Made by a program: the position numbers and the translations under genes. DNA of 63,905 nt, counting the filler, from Octopus bimaculoides (lineage: Eukaryota): assembly GCF_001194135.2 (NCBI RefSeq). It is 5 parts of 4 records of this genome, joined end to end, with 100 filler letters (N's around TTAATTAATTAA, not from the genome) between each part and the next. Parts side by side here need not be neighbours in the genome. Positions count along the whole stretch, not along the records: positions 12,106 to 26,434 come from NC_068982.1; positions 26,535 to 41,536 come from NC_068981.1; positions 41,637 to 62,504 come from NC_068982.1; 2 more parts are not named here. One strand, given 5' to 3'. Under the pieces are notes generated by a model, which saw nothing but the letters and a program-made list of their open reading frames with translations, did not search any database and was not told the origin of the DNA. Positions 25,823-41,669 of this stretch are shown here, in pieces. Position 1 is the stretch's first letter. Each line of letters starts with the position of its first letter.

Positions 25823-26724
25823 GTGGATAAATTCGCACATACGTATCTTGTCTTGAAAAATACTTTATTTCGTTATCCATCAATTTTGAACACTATGGAG
25901 ACGTACGAAATAGGAGGATTTATTGTATTTAGAAATGCTAAAAGCTTCATTCAGATTTTATTTTGAATATGATGTTTCCTGGAGGAGGATTGCATAATAT
26001 TTTACGTGACATAAATTTTGCAGTGTATTTCTTGCATTATTTCCTTATAAAAGCTCCGCTTTGTTGTATATAAATGAAATTTCAAATATAAGTAGCAGGT
26101 CAAACAAGAAAATAAGAAATATTGATCTTTAGGTACCGTACCTCATTTTAAATATTTCATCTTAGCGCAGTTCGCTAAAGGCTAAGTTTAGAGAAGTGAA
26201 AACGAGAATCTGAAATCATTCCTACAATATTATTTGTCCCCACTGATTCACTTTCTCAGTATATGTTAATGTTCTTTTTATCTATTAGAAAACGGAAGAG
26301 AAAGTTCACATTCTTATATATCACAGGAAGATTTTATGATGGAGAATAAAATGATAACAAAGAAACCTATATTATATTCATTTATATTATTTTTATATAA
26401 AAAAAAGCAAACTAAAAGCATATAGGGACGTAGANNNNNNNNNNNNNNNNNNNNNNNNNNNNNNNNNNNNNNNNNNNNTTAATTAATTAANNNNNNNNNN
26501 NNNNNNNNNNNNNNNNNNNNNNNNNNNNNNNNNNGGTATTGAAACTGGGGTTACTTAACAACGGAACCACTACTTGCAGTACGGGTTCACCGAAAGCCTC
26601 GTACAAATCGTGATCGGCCACTAGAAAATCCAAATGACTTCAACTTCCGTAAAACATCAACCGATTATGACTTTTGTCGTAAATGTACTGATTTTGACAC
26701 ATAGCTAGACATTTGGGTGAAGGA

Positions 26725-26895
26725 TGTACGTGGGTTACATCGACCACTATGCTCTGTAGATAATTATTTTATCGACCACGAAATGGATGAAAGGCAAAGT
26801 CAACCTCGGCGGAATTTGGACCCAGAGCATTAAGACAGACAGAATGCTGCGAAGCTTTTTTCCTGGCATTCTAACGATATTCTCATCTCTCAGCC
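26725..26895 (-). mobile_element. Nin/Deu-core SINE, partial
   Basis: ttatcgaccacgaaatggatgaaaggcaaagtcaacctcggcggaatttg. Confidence 0.75.
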
Positions 26896-28139
26896 TTCAT
26901 CTAAATATATATTACAATATGTTTTGTAATACCTATGTATCAAATAATTTTATATAGTATGTACAGAACAGTATTGCTACTAAACAGAGAAATACTTTTA
27001 TTATAATTCAATTGAAAGTGATTCAGTTTTCCTTCTCGTCATAATTATTGTTGCAAATGTCGACTATGAAGTTGGTTTTGTATTCATTAATATCAATATT
27101 TATTAATTCTATTATTTTGCGTTGTTTGCTTATGGGCTCTCCGAAATAAATGTATAGATAGTATATATATACATACACAAATACATACATGTGTGTCTAT
27201 GTGTATTTGTACAGATATATGCATATATATGTGTATGTCTGTGTGCGTGTGTCTATTATTATGATGGGGAGAATAACCTATGTCTGTGTTAACTATGGTT
27301 TTCTATGCTAACATTTTGAAGTTGCCTAGTTTTCGATGTAATTACGCTGTAATATTACATCATATTAGAGCGTTAGAGAAAACTGTGGAATTATGTTTCG
27401 TTATAAATGACAAGTTTCATATGGTCAGCTGATGTTCGGCAGGGTGCGGTTTACTAGTTAGTAGGAAGCTGATTGCTTAAGAATGAAGTTCTAGAAGTTA
27501 CGAAATTACCCGACTGCTTAGAAGACACCTAGCTATGCATTTAGTCAATGGACAAGTTGGCTTGCTGAGCTAGCATGGGGTTTTACTGCCACTGACTTTT
27601 GGTGTCGGAGCTGTGTCCGCATAGAANNNNNNNNNNNNNNNNNNNNNNNNNNNNNNNNNNNNNNNNNNNNNNNNNNNNNNNNNNNNNNNNNNNNNNNNNN
27701 NNNNNNNNNNNNNNNNNNNNNNNNNNNNNNNNNNNNNNNNNNNNNNNNNNNNNNNNNNNNNNNNNNNNNNNNNNNNNNNNNNNNNNNNNNNNNNNNNNNN
27801 NNNNNNNNNNNNNNNNNNNNNNNNNNNNNNNNNNNNNNNNNNNNNNNNNNNNNNNNNNNNNNNNNNNNNNNNNNNNNNNNNNNNNNNNNNNNNNNNNNNN
27901 NNNNNNNNNNNNNNNNNNNNNNNNNNNNNNNNNNNNNNNNNNNNNNNNNNNNNNNNNNNNATATATATATATATATATATATACTTGCTTCAAGGGTGTG
28001 TTTTTCAGTCATATTTAATATTTAATATTTAATATTTTCTTTGTACATGCAATTAGGATGTTATTTACTGCTCTTATGTTTTTTACGATTCTTGTTTGTC
28101 AAAGCACAATTTCTAGTGGGTGGTTGAACAATTAAGTAT

Positions 28140-28860
28140 AAAAGCTGATGATGATGAAATTGATAACGAAGGGGATGAGAAAGAGGAGTATTGTGAGAAA
28201 GGATGATGATGATGATGGGGGGGTGCTAGTCTCGATGATGATGATGATGATAACGACAACGACGTTGACGATGATGATGATTAATAAGGTGAGGGATGAA
28301 TAAATGGAAATGGCAGTAATGATATGAAACAGTTGTTTCGAAAGGTTGGTAAGATCGTAGCTCCAGTGGCGTAGGGGATAATAGTGAAGGTAATTATCAT
28401 CATATTCATCGTCGTTATTGTCGTCGTCATCTTCAGAATCGCGTTCACCACTGGCTTCTTAATATCAACTGCATCGTGTTTTCTTCTAGTATTATTATCA
28501 TTACCACTCTCATTATTAACTTCAACATATTCAGCGCCATAGCAGTTAATCTGTTTTTTTCCCTCTCTCTGTTATGTAAAACCTCGTGTCACAAAATTTG
28601 TACAATCATCATCGCTCGCTATCATCAGCACAATTTCTATTAGAACTGTTATTATTATAAACTTCATGCCATCAACTAGCATGGCACCTACATTGACTTC
28701 CACCCTCTTCATTGTTTACTACCGCGACAACCTCCGCAGCATCATTCCTATTGTAATAAAGAATATCAACTACATCATCATCAAATTCATCACCACTCTT
28801 AAAAACCCCAAATTCTCCATCTTGATATTCAGCTTCTATTCTATTGCCACCCATTTTATC
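28140..28860. repeat. Degenerate GAT/CAT trinucleotide low-complexity region
   Basis: gatgatgat and catcatcat runs throughout. Confidence 0.7.
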
Positions 28861-29600
28861 ATAACTGTTGGCGGAAATAACACATATTCAGCATCATGAA
28901 CAACTTCATCCACTTCCAGAAACATCAGAATCCTTCCAGTATAATTATTGTTTTGCTCTTCTATGCAATTATCTTTCCATCTAGGCTTTACTTTGACGAA
29001 GTTGAAAGTGTTTGGCAACATCAATATTTTTTTAATAAAACATGCCAACTCACTTGTATGCAATTGTTGTACTAGTTTCTTACCATCCTTCGTTTCGCCA
29101 CATTTTTGGTTCAGGAGAATATCTTTGTTACAAAAGTCTTGATTCCGAAATATTTCATAATATTCCGTCTGCAGTTTGTAATGGCAATCCGCTCTAGCAT
29201 TGGATTTGAAAAATGAATGTAAAAGTTGTCCAATACTTTCTGTCAATTATAATCAAATTATAATTTAATCTAAAATTAAGCTGAATATTCTAATGACTCA
29301 TATAGAAAGTTTGAATTTTAGTGTAAACATTTCTTCCATAGTTTTTCTCAATCTGATTCATTTCAACTTAATTCCAAGCTACCAATTATTCTGACTGCTG
29401 TAATAGAGTTAGGCAACAGATTCAGAGAATTGCCGAACATCTTCGTAATGCGAAGGCTGCTGAAAATGATTCATAAACATATTTCTTGAGAAGGTACGAT
29501 ACATTCACCGTAATGTATAAAATGATAGTTAAAGAGATTTCGAAAAGCATATTAATAATGATCGTTCTTTCCCTCAAGCGAAAAACTAATATTTCCTTTA
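28850..29600 (-). mobile_element. Possible hAT-like transposase C-terminal remnant
   Basis: KLQTEYYEIF...SELACFIKKILMLPNT resembles the FxxLxxFxxxILxLPxS dimerisation-domain pattern; weak. Confidence 0.35.
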
Positions 29601-31421
29601 TAAACAATCATAAAGAAGTGCATGGAATGTAAACGTTATTTATATTTCATAGATATAAACGAAGAATACCCGTTCTGCAAGTAAATAAATATTATCTTTA
29701 TTTTTATATAGGGGATGATCTTCCCTAGGGGAAGAGTAATTTAGGTTCTTCATACTTTTATATTATACAAAACATAGTGGGAGATGATTTCCCTCGTACA
29801 CGATTTATATATATATTCATGCGCACTAAATGATGGGTATCAATAGGATTCCAGCTTTAGAACATAAAAGATGAGTTTAGTTTGCTGCCTCATCGAGGTT
29901 TGCCACTTACGATACAGAATTAATAAACACGGTATTACTCTCCTTCATATAAGAACTCTTAAGTTTAGATGTTCTTTCTAGTACTGCAGGTGTGTGTAAC
30001 TAAATGAATATTACCAACAAATGTCGATAATATTTATTGAATAGGAACTGAGTATTAGGTATTATTACCGTGTATTATTATCTTTAAACTGCAATTGAAA
30101 CTTGGAGTGGGGGAATATAACAGAAACAACTTTCATTTCTAAAGGAAACAGGGTTATATCAAATTGCATCGCTTTCACACAAAAACAAATTCAAATCTCT
30201 CAAAACAACACCTAGAAACAGTACCCTAGATACTATCAACTCATTATTAACATGATAAAACACACCCGAAGTTTCAAGTCTAATGACGCTGTTGAGTTTT
30301 ATCATGAATACTTGTTGGTTCCGAACAACTTGTAATAAAGTTCAATGTTCCAGAGGATATCATTTCTTGGGTTTCACCTCGATACATTCACAGATATAAG
30401 GGGTAGACTCAATATCACTATCACAAAAATTTATAAACGGACACTGGGAAAAACTGGTTATCGCACAATAATATATTTTCTATTAAAATTAATGTTCTGC
30501 CTGCTCACTGAAATTTCATATTGCATAGTTATACTGCATATTTATTTTTGTGACACAACATGGGGTCAAGCATGTTTTTAATGACATAGTAATGAAAATG
30601 CTTGCATTAGAGTGAATAGGATTAAAGACAGTCATCGGTGATTTAATGAGCATCGACCCGGGATAGAATCAAAGTCTATTAACCAAGAACACGAAATTTC
30701 TCCCGTCGATATTTTCTTTAAACTTCCATCAACGACGTATGAAACATACGTGTTAGTTTGAACTATGCTGCGATAGATAAACATCTACTGAATATAGTAA
30801 AACGCTGTGTGAGACAGACACAATAAGTATCAAATTGCCAATTGAACTCCATAGGCACACCAAATATAAGGATATTAAATGCATAGCTCGACCAGTCACT
30901 GATAAAAATATTAATTTCATTTTTCTTCTTTCTGAATTACACGACACTCATCTCTATTTGCATACGTGCCAAGCAACCGCGTACTCTTAATAACTTAAAT
31001 ATATCTTGAAATAAAAACTTACATATAGCAGGAAATGCAAGTTGTTCATTTCCCGCTACAAAAGCGATGGAGTGTGACGGGAAACATTTATCATACACTG
31101 ATACTATTGCAACGGCAGCAGCATCGGGCAGAGTCCATCTGAAGAGGAAGAGTCAGGTGTACACACATAGGTATAACATCGACTAATCATTGTCAAAACA
31201 AGCAAGAGCAAAGCAAAAGAGCTTTTAGGTGGTAAGTAGCGTCCAGGGTTAATTTAATTGAAGTTTGGCGTTTGTTGTAGTCTCTTGAGCTAACTGCGAC
31301 ATCTACTCAGTAATAATATTTCTAACATTTACACATACACGGTCCAGTGAATGTTCATACAACATAGGTATACAGCCGCCGCACACAAACACACACACAT
31401 ACATTTGCATAAGTATATATG

Positions 31422-31512
<91 letters not shown>

Positions 31513-34220
31513 AGGGAGGGAGAGAGAAGGGAAAGGGAGAGCTATGTATTAGTGTGTGTGTGAGCGTTGTTGCTTGTGTGTTGTGTGTGCGCACATGCGC
31601 GTGTTTTGTGTGTGTGCCTGTGTCTGTATTTGTGTGCATGTGGGAGGGTGTCTGTGACTGTCTACACCTACGTGACTGCCTTTTGGAGAATAAGTTTCGA
31701 TTCTGAAGTTTGCTAATATCTAATTTGCAAAGTAGATTCTTGGACACACGATAATTTTGATAATAATATTCTAGGGGAAAAAAATATACAAACAAGACAT
31801 ACACCTGAGATCATATATCTATATCCATGCAACACATATAGACATGCATACACATATACACAAACACACGAACGGTCACACATGCATGCATACATACATA
31901 TATATTTATACACACACGCACGCACGCACACGCACACACACGCACATATATATATATATATATATTTCATACATTAATGGAATAACTAAATATTGTGCAC
32001 TTCTTCTGGTTTACACTTTCTCTACGCCCGCTTGCTTATTAGCTCTGTATAATTTATTTATACACATTCATAGCATAAAACATTCAGATACAATTCTACG
32101 CAAAGGTTTCATTGCTTTTAGCTTCAATTGACAGACATATCTATACTTAGAATCATTCTTTTTTTTTTTTTATTCTGCCAAACTTCATGGTCTAGTCCTT
32201 TGTTAACAGCTTGCTGTATTTCCTGATATTACGTTGTGGCATATATGAATAAATGAGACACAACCCAATGGTTACTACTGTAAGAGAAATTATATATTTA
32301 AGAATATGGTACATAAATGAGTTAGGGCTTCACTTTGCTCATTTCAGGCATTATTTGGTCCTTATATTTTCATTCTTATCATTACTAATTTTTTATACAA
32401 ACATCAAAATATTAATATTTGTTTCTAAATGTAATACATAATACCTTTAATATATAATACATACATCTTCGTCAAAATTTTAAATTCTCTATAACCCCGA
32501 TATCCAGATATACTTCAGCTCCCATCTAGAAATAATATGTCAATATTCTATTTATAATCACATCGATAATGCCGGAGCATTTCAACAAATTTCGTTATGT
32601 AAATGGGTACCTCGGAGTACATTCCTATTAGTAGCAGATCAAAAAGAGTACAGAAGAAAACCACGGGGAAGCGCTGATGTATGGTATATCGCTAGTCTTA
32701 TATTCAGTTACGTACGAATAAGGAAGGTGGACGTAGATTTTGTCTGGATAGATTAACAGAATGCCTACATTAATATTTGACAGTCCTGGGACACGCTCGG
32801 AATCAATGAGAAGACTGGCGACTGGCACTTATTTTCTTAGAAAAAGAGATGAAATCATTCAAAAAAAATCCTTAGGAAATGCTAAAAAAAATAAAACACT
32901 GGGTAATATTTTAGCCAGAATCGCTCTACACATTACTATTTGTTATTGTATTCATCCCTCTGACAATAATAATTAAAAACCCAGCCCTGCGTAAGACGTT
33001 GATAAAAGTAGGGTTAAAATGATTCATCTACTATATATACGGATGACTCTAAATCGTATACAAGAAATTAAAAAGACGCGAATTCTTTAATTCAAGTATT
33101 AACGATATTTACCAATGATATCGCTATGCATTTTTCGGGGTAAATATTTACCCAATTTTAGTTGGAAAAGAGGCCGCATGTCTAAATTTTATGATATAAA
33201 TATACCATAAGATGATACCATTGGATCGCTGAGAAGTTATGAGGGATACAAGTAGGAATGTAAGGTAATAAAAAGAGAACTGAATGGGGTTATTCTCTAT
33301 ATGTATATATTCCAGAACAGTCATTTTTAAGATGATATTCAATATTATTCTATTAACATTTTAACGCACTGGGAGGTATCACCTTGACGGCAATTTATGG
33401 CAATTTATGGCAATTTCTGATCACATGCATTATGTCGTCTACATAAATGTGACATATTCCGCATTTTCGTTTGCATTTTGGGGCTCCAGAGGATTCACTG
33501 ACTCCTCGGCTCATAAGGTGTCGAAGTAATTGCCTGACCTTGACTTGAAAATGCATAGGCTTCGAAGTAGGATTTGAAGTGTCGGTCATGAGTTCAAGAA
33601 AGGCTGCACTTCATGTCGATATTAGTATCATCCACATGTTTTCAGGAAAATACCTATGCGTATTTCGCATGTTTTTTTGCACGCTGAGTCTTTCGTCTCC
33701 AATATTTTTCAAGTATATTATTCTATATTTGTTTTAGGGTGGGATGGGAAGTCATCAGGAGGAGAGTTCTTGAAAGGCTCACTGTTGGCTTACTGGATTA
33801 TTTTTCTGCTACTTAAGCAGGTACTCTTGGAGAGATACAATTTCGGCATTGGAAATATATCTGCTCTAATCTCAAGTCTTTTACCTACCTTTTCTCTTGT
33901 TGGAGACTGTGGACAACACTATCTATTGGATGTTTCCTTGTATTGACATGCCTATAGGGTGAATTTGCTCTACAGAAAAGCTAAGTATCCCAAACGTTAG
34001 CATCATCACTGGTACTGCAAGTATATAGTGGAACATAGTCCTGCTGTAAAGGAAGAGAACTCACTGCCATATATTTTTGTTTTTAAATCAGGTGTAACAC
34101 TTTCTGGTCTAACTTCAAATATTAGTAATTTACTGGTATTTTTAAGCTTCTTCAGAAAATGTTTTCAGAATAATTTTACTGAGAGAGATATCAGACTTAT
34201 AAAGAAATTAGCTTTTATAT

Positions 34221-34437
34221 ATTCTTTTCTATTCTAGGCACAAGGCCCGAAATTTTGGGGGAGGGGGCCAGTCGATTAGATCGACCTTAGTTCACAACTG
34301 ATACTTAATTTATCGAACCTGAAGGGATGAAAAGCAAAGTCGACATCGGCAGAATTTGAACTCAGAACGTAAAGAAAGACGAAGTACCGATAAGCATTAT
34401 GCCGGGCGTGCTAACGATTCTGCCAGCTCACCGCCTT
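34221..34437 (-). mobile_element. Nin/Deu-core SINE, full length
   Basis: Reverse complement of family head, core and tail. Confidence 0.85.
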
Positions 34438-35173
34438 GTAGATTTTATATATTATTTACAAAGCAGCTTCGTAATAATTCAAACCAACCAGTTTTAAAAA
34501 AGGAAATTAGTATAAATAAGTCGAACAGAAAATCAAAATAAAATCATGCCCAATATTGAAATAAATACATAATGTATGTATAACTCCGCAATATATCTAT
34601 TTAAAAATTGCGTTCTTGCAATGGGGCCATGCATAACAATGCGTACATTACTGATATATGTTAAGTAGGAACATGAAATACAGAATAAGTGAGATACGCT
34701 TACTGTGTATACCCTTCATGATATAGAAACAGTTGATACTCGGAAACACAGTCATCAGTGGTACAAATATTCAAGGTGAGTGCTTGCATTACCAAAATGA
34801 ACATTAAAACTTGAATTTAAAATGAACTCCATAAATTAGCTTCAGAGTAATTATAGATATGAATATCAGGTATTTCGTTCAAAATTATTTTGTGCAAAAC
34901 AATTAACAGCGGAAAAAGACAAAGCAATATGGTGCAATGACATAATGACATAGTTAACTTACACTTAATTATATGAACAGAGAAAAAGAAATGAAATTTA
35001 ATACTGTTTTACAGGAATGAGATATTAAAGTAATTATAGGAGTAGATACCTCGCAATTGTAACAATTGTAACGTGGAAAGAGATTGGCAAGGAGAAATAT
35101 CAGGTGTGAAGCAATTTAGTGACACGAACAATACGTGTATGTGCTTATGTAAGCATGTATGTATATATACTAC

Positions 35174-35270
<97 letters not shown>

Positions 35271-37590
35271 TANNNNNNNNNNNNNNNNNNNNNNNNNNNN
35301 NNNNNNNNNNNNNNNNNNNNNNNNNNNNNNNNNNNNNNNNNNNNNNNNNNNNNNNNNNNNNNNNNNNNNNNNNNNNNNNNNNNNNNNNNNNNNNNNNNNN
35401 NNNNNNNNNNNNNNNNNNNNNNNNNNNNNNNNNNNNNNNNNNNNNNNNNNNNNNNNNNNNNNNNNNNNNNNNNNNNNNNNNNNNNNNNNNNNNNNNNNNN
35501 NNNNNNNNNNNNNNNNNNNNNNNNTATATATATATATATATATATACATACACACATCCTTTAATTTCATTTACGGGAAACATCTTGAATATGCATGTAA
35601 AAACACTTATTCTATTGCAGCAGCTACAGTCTAACGATGCCAGCTGGCAAAACCAGTTTTTATGTGGCTTGAACCGATCTGCGCTGATATAATATAGGAT
35701 CAATTTAGTAATAACAGTAATAATTCTTGAATGGAATTTATAAATATTTTAATGTATCACTATGTACGTTTCCACAAATTACATGTTTGTTTTCTTGTTT
35801 TTTTTAAGATCAGTCTGTATTTCTGAGACAATTACAATGCAGTGGGTAGGTAGTAATCCATGTACATCGGGTTGAAGAAATCAATGCATGAACATGATCT
35901 ACTCGATGTACATAGATACTATGGACTGCACTGTAATTATCCCAGGAACTCGCACTATGGTCTTTAAAAATATGCCATTTATGGAAACGCGTGTAGCGAT
36001 GCATTGAAATATTTATAAATTCCAACCGAGGATAACAGTTATTACTATACCCTTTATGTAAATATATACACATATTTATATAATAATGATTCATTTTCAT
36101 GTGAGGTTATAAAAACACATTTATATCGGTATTTAAATATTTATTTTGCACATAATAAGAATTCTGTTTTGCTTCCTCGTATCAAGCGAAGCCAAACCAG
36201 TTAGCATGGAATGTAACTATGTAAAATCAAAATATATTCATTACAATAAGTACAATTAGTAATATTAAATGAGCAAACCTGAGCTACAAGTTCCTACTAT
36301 CATGAATCTTCACAACACGCTTTGATAACGTATGTCTGTGAATGCAATATCTTGACTGAAACTCCCCTGATATAATTTACTGAAACTATTTAGTTTTCAT
36401 TGAAATATATTGACGAGGTCACGGAGTAACTCAATATTTATGCTTATATGAAAACTAACATTTAAAATTTGTCCTGCAAATTTTGATACACGTCTTCATA
36501 GTTTTTTTTTTACTTCTTAACTAATTAGAACAATCTACACTTGGGAAAAGTTACATACTTATTAATAAATTGTATGAAAAATCGAAAACCTGGAGTGTAT
36601 TCAAATTTTGGGACTATCGATGACTACCTTTTTCTACTTTGCACCTGCTTTGCAAAATATTGCCAGCAAATATATGTGAGCCAATGCCAGTGTTTTGTAA
36701 TCCTTTCATCAAGTTGCATCAGCTATCCCAACTTGATATGGAATGATAAGATTGATTTTACCATCTTTATCAGATGGTAATATATTTCTAGTATTGTCAT
36801 ATATAGAATCATTATGATAGAAAAGAAGTGAATAGCAGTTGCTATTCGCATGGAAGCATATTTCAAGCATTTAGTTAAGATTTATCTATAAACCCTATAG
36901 TATCGCTTACGATAATATAGTATTCCTGTTTCTCGAGATATTCTCAAAGTCTAATTTCAGTATAGAAGTTCTATATGTTATATGAAGTTCGAAATAATGT
37001 TTTCAGCCGGTGACCTATTGATTTTTGTTCCAGTTTAAGATAATTTATCCAGACGCTTCATGTTCGGATGCTTGATTTGGCACACAAGAGTCTCGTAAAA
37101 ATATCATAGAGCACTTTCACAGTCGTACCACAAACTTAACAATGCAGAGGTTAGTTTGTGGTCTCTATCAAATTTGTAGTTGCACGAGATACAGCTTAAC
37201 CATTTTTTCCATTATCGTATTATCAACCATAATTGTCAGTAACCCAACATTTAATTTGATTCCCAAGATTCATTTAAAAATAAATATAGTGTACATGCAT
37301 ATGCCTGTACTAAGTATTCTTTGCTTAAAGATAAAGATATCTTGATACATAGAATCGATTAAGCAACTTCTTCGTATTAAGTTACATGATAAGGTCGCTT
37401 AACATTAGATAAATCATACCAATTTACTAAAGGCGATACGATTACAGTAACATGATTTCAAGGCTAAACATATTGGAGGATAGGTTGGTGAATAGTAACA
37501 CACAGCAAATTATTCTGTATCTGCCTAGATCTCTAAGTAATTGTGGTACTTGTGAATATCTACCTTTGTTTTACAAACACTGCAGCAACA

Positions 37591-37803
37591 ATTATTCTTT
37601 TCTACTGTCGGTACAAGACTCGAAATTCTGTCGGAGGAGGCCAATCGATTAGATCGACCCCAGTACGCAATTGATACTTAATTTATCGACCCCGAAAGGA
37701 TGAAAGTCGACCACGGCGGAATTTGAACTCAGCACGTAAAGACAGACGAAATACCGCTAAGCATTTCGCCCGGTGTGCGAACGTTTCTGCCAGCTCACCG
37801 CTT
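37591..37803 (-). mobile_element. Nin/Deu-core SINE, full length
   Basis: Reverse complement of family head, core and tail. Confidence 0.85.
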
Positions 37804-40800
37804 TACTGCAGCAACAGTTGTGATTCTTTTAATCTACAAACCAAATGTCTCTATAATATAGTTACTGATTACTTCACGCCTTCCAAACCATACCAATACA
37901 AACATACCTATTAATCTTACAAAAATGTACTAAAAAGTCTACTAGTTGCAATAGGATGCCCATCCATAAAAATTTATAGCATAAATAAACGTGCCATAGC
38001 CATAGAGACTAAAGAATTATGAAGACCAATGAACACTTCCAATATTCCCAATGCACTACCTAACATTGCAGCACACTATAGAAACTCAAATAGCATTAAC
38101 TATAAAATATTGCATTATTCAAATAAGGCCAAGAATGAGATAAGCATTCGAAGTACTCGAAATGATCAAACAGGAATGGAGATAAGATTACTGGCATAAT
38201 AAATTCGAAGAAAAAAATTACCTACATAAAATTTACAATCAACTTTTGTTGACACTCTAACTGCAGTACTTACATCAACTTTAATGAGAACTTATCGTTC
38301 AAATTTAAATCAGGATTTAGTCACATTGTAGAAATCTATTCTGTTGTTCGCCACTGGTTGTAAGAAAAACTGATCAACTTCGCTATGAGAATCAAATTGA
38401 TAATCCACAATTGCAAAACACAGTCTTCTACCATTCGCAGATTACACTAAGCGAACACTTAGAATGATGTGAAACAAAGAAATATCCATGACTCCAAGGT
38501 ATTAGATCTGTTCTTTCAAGACCCCACCTCAAAGTAAGACAAATGAAAAGATAAGCATATAAAAAATGTAAGCCTTTTTACAATAGATTATAAATTATGT
38601 TACAATGAATTATGAAATACAAGATTAATTCATTATTTCACCCAAAAATTATAATATTCTTGTTCATACTCTTATGCACAAAGAGAAAGACAAACATATA
38701 CGCATTTACACACAGATATATATTACTTACTGACAGCCATATACTGACAGCAAGCATTATATATGCACATTTTCTTTTAGCTTTTCTAGTCAAATATTCT
38801 CATTCAACTACAGGGCATATTCACTGGATTAACAAAGTTCTGGCTTTTTATGCAATTATTACCTCTTACTATTTCTGAGAACCAAGTATTGTTAAAGTGA
38901 TGAATAAATCATTATTAACAGTTGAAGTTCATTTTCAGCTTCATATCTCTACACATAAGCGCACGAAATGAGTTACATAGAGAGACGGGGAGAGAGAGTG
39001 AGAAACTACTTATTCATACACGAACGCCTACACATAAAGACAAAATATGTTAAGCTTACGTGTGAAGTATATTTGCCAGAATTGCATATGCTTTTATTGG
39101 AGCAAGTGAATTACTTTTTAGCCACATTTACTTTTATTTTTCTCTGTATGAATAAATCTAAATATTTTTAACGCACTGCATAGAATTTCACACATTGAAA
39201 ACGAAAAAGATTTTCAACCGTCCTTACCACTCCACTGCTCTTTTGTCCACCAACATCCGTTTTATTTACAGATATGTATTAGCAATGATTGTCTGAAGAA
39301 ACATAGGTTATTTGTAAAGACACGTTTCTGTTCATTTATGTTAACACGTATTTTACCAGGATTAGAGGAATGAAAGGCTGTGTGCATGATGATTGTTAAA
39401 AAATCTCAACGTGAAACAAAAAAAGACACCATACTGGTTTATGCTGAATCGGTTCAGTCAATAGTATTGCTGAATTGAATATGATAGAGTATTTAGTTGA
39501 AAGTGTTTCCTTGGGTGTTCATATCGCACTGTTGCAAATTTGGTATCAGTTAGGGCTTATTTTGGAAAAGGAAAATTCATTACGAGTGTAAATTCTATAT
39601 TTCTGTTGACTACAATTATTACTTGTAATAATATAGCATTGAAAAAATATAAAAATACAATGATAATGTACAGAGGATACGTTGATCAAAATCTATTACA
39701 TCAACGTCTATACAAAAACTAATAAATACCACGCACAATGTGGTACGTTAATGTATTATCTCAAAATACTCTTCAAAATATAGCTACTTATTTTGGTTTC
39801 TAAAGCTTACATCTGATTTTTAATTATATATTTTCATTCAGCGTTGAGAAACTCTCGAAATGATAGCCTTGCTATTGAACGAATTGTTACAAAACACTGG
39901 ATCAGTGCTAACTGATTTCTTCATTTACGAATTTCATTTGTTCTTCATAAAATTGAATATTTTCTTAGTGAAATGTAATGAATGGAAATTCGAACAGGAA
40001 AATAAGAAGAATTACAACAGAATATTACAATTTTATATCAGACTTCTTTTTGGTTGCAAGTATCAAGAGAACGTTGCAACATTCTTTCACAATTTATCAA
40101 TAGAATTGTTTCCAACACACGCTAAAAATGCTAAAAAGTATATTTATCATTAGCTTTGTCTCAATGAATCAAAATCAGTTTTAATGGCTTGTTACAATAT
40201 TTTCGAGCAAATGAAATNNNNNNNNNNNNNNNNNNNNNNNNNNNNNNNNNNNNNNNNNNNNNNNNNNNNNNNNNNNNNNNNNNNNNNNNNNNNNNNNNNN
40301 NNNNNNNNNNNNNNNNNNNNNNNNNNNNNNNNNNNNNNNNNNNNNNNNNNNNNNNNNNNNNNNNNNNNNNNNNNNNNNNNNNNNNNNNNNNNNNNNNNNN
40401 NNNNNNNNNNNNNNNNNNNNNNNNNNNNNNNNNNNNNNNNNNNNNNNNNNNNNNNNNNNNNNNNNNNNNNNNNNNNNNNNNNNNNNNNNNNNNNNNNNNN
40501 NNNNNNNNNCATATATTTAATATATATATACTCATTTTGCGATCTTTTGAAATCACAGCTAGCCAGTCTGAGCAAAGAATTATAATGTTTAACATTTAAA
40601 ATAACAATAGTGTGAGGGAATTTTAGAAATTTTGTATTTCAATAAATGTTTCATGTGATATACAACACTAAATTAATATTTTACATCATTTAACAGGAAA
40701 AATTAATAGAACGGTTGTATCGTAAATGTTAAATATCAGTATAACTACAGTAATTCTGCTCAAGTGAAGTCAATAGATTTATCTGTAAATTAAATTTATA

Positions 40801-41536
40801 TGTAAATTTAATTTATTTTATGAGAAAAATAACAGAATCTAAAGAAGCGTATTAAATGGAATACCAGTTATTTGATCAATAATTTTCTGCTTCTGTAGTA
40901 AGTTTATTTCAGTGGAGATAATTTGCAACAGCATTTAACAAAATTTAGATCTTATTAAATATTGCTAATAAGAAGACGTCATATTATATGATATAGGTAT
41001 GTAATATGCATATATTAAAATCTACAAATGCCAAAAGCATTTCAAATAAAACTGAAGGATTTCTGCACGATGTGAAATCTTCCTCATATACCGATGGACA
41101 AAACTGACAAAATATTTCACCTGTATCAATAACTGATAAGCATTATAATGCACTTCATAAAACAGTCATTTTTTAACGTAAATAGAGTAACACGAACATT
41201 GTCTTGACGTACAAATTGGATATAATGAAGAAGTGACAACCAGACTCCTTGGGATATAATTATTCTTTAAACTCAGAAAAGCATAAGACGTGTATAGAAT
41301 TAGAAAATGCTGAAAGTACTGCCTGAGAAATTTTAAACCACTGACTGAAACAAATTAGACATATTAGTAAAAGCCTCATAAATCTCTTCAGAGAATAAGC
41401 CTCAAAATATTTATTCAAACCACGATAGTCACACAAAAATTTCTACACAGAAGATTCAAACACTCCACAGGAAAGCACTCTTGATATCTAAGATTGAAGT
41501 GCCGCTATATACAAACAAATAGTTCTACTACTGATA

Positions 41537-41635
41537 NNNNNNNNNNNNNNNNNNNNNNNNNNNNNNNNNNNNNNNNNNNNTTAATTAATTAANNNNNNNN
41601 NNNNNNNNNNNNNNNNNNNNNNNNNNNNNNNNNNN
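41537..41635. other. Assembly join: N-run, TTAATTAATTAA linker, N-run (also at 12050, 26479 and 62549)
   Basis: Identical palindromic 12-mer with stops in all six frames, centred between similar-length N runs at four places. Confidence 0.9.
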
Positions 41636-41636
41636 N

Positions 41637-41669
<33 letters not shown>

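Noticed and set aside
33395-34020. Minus-strand KCKRKCGICH..HVIRNC zinc-knuckle-like ORF
   Set aside because: It is possibly a decayed transposase end, but no catalytic motif or TIR could be recognised.
34673-34775. ATG-initiated, vaguely signal-peptide-like segment ending at a strong donor CAAG|GTGAGT
   Set aside because: It has an in-frame TAG at codon 18 and a poorly hydrophobic core, so it cannot be supported as the peroxidase first coding exon.
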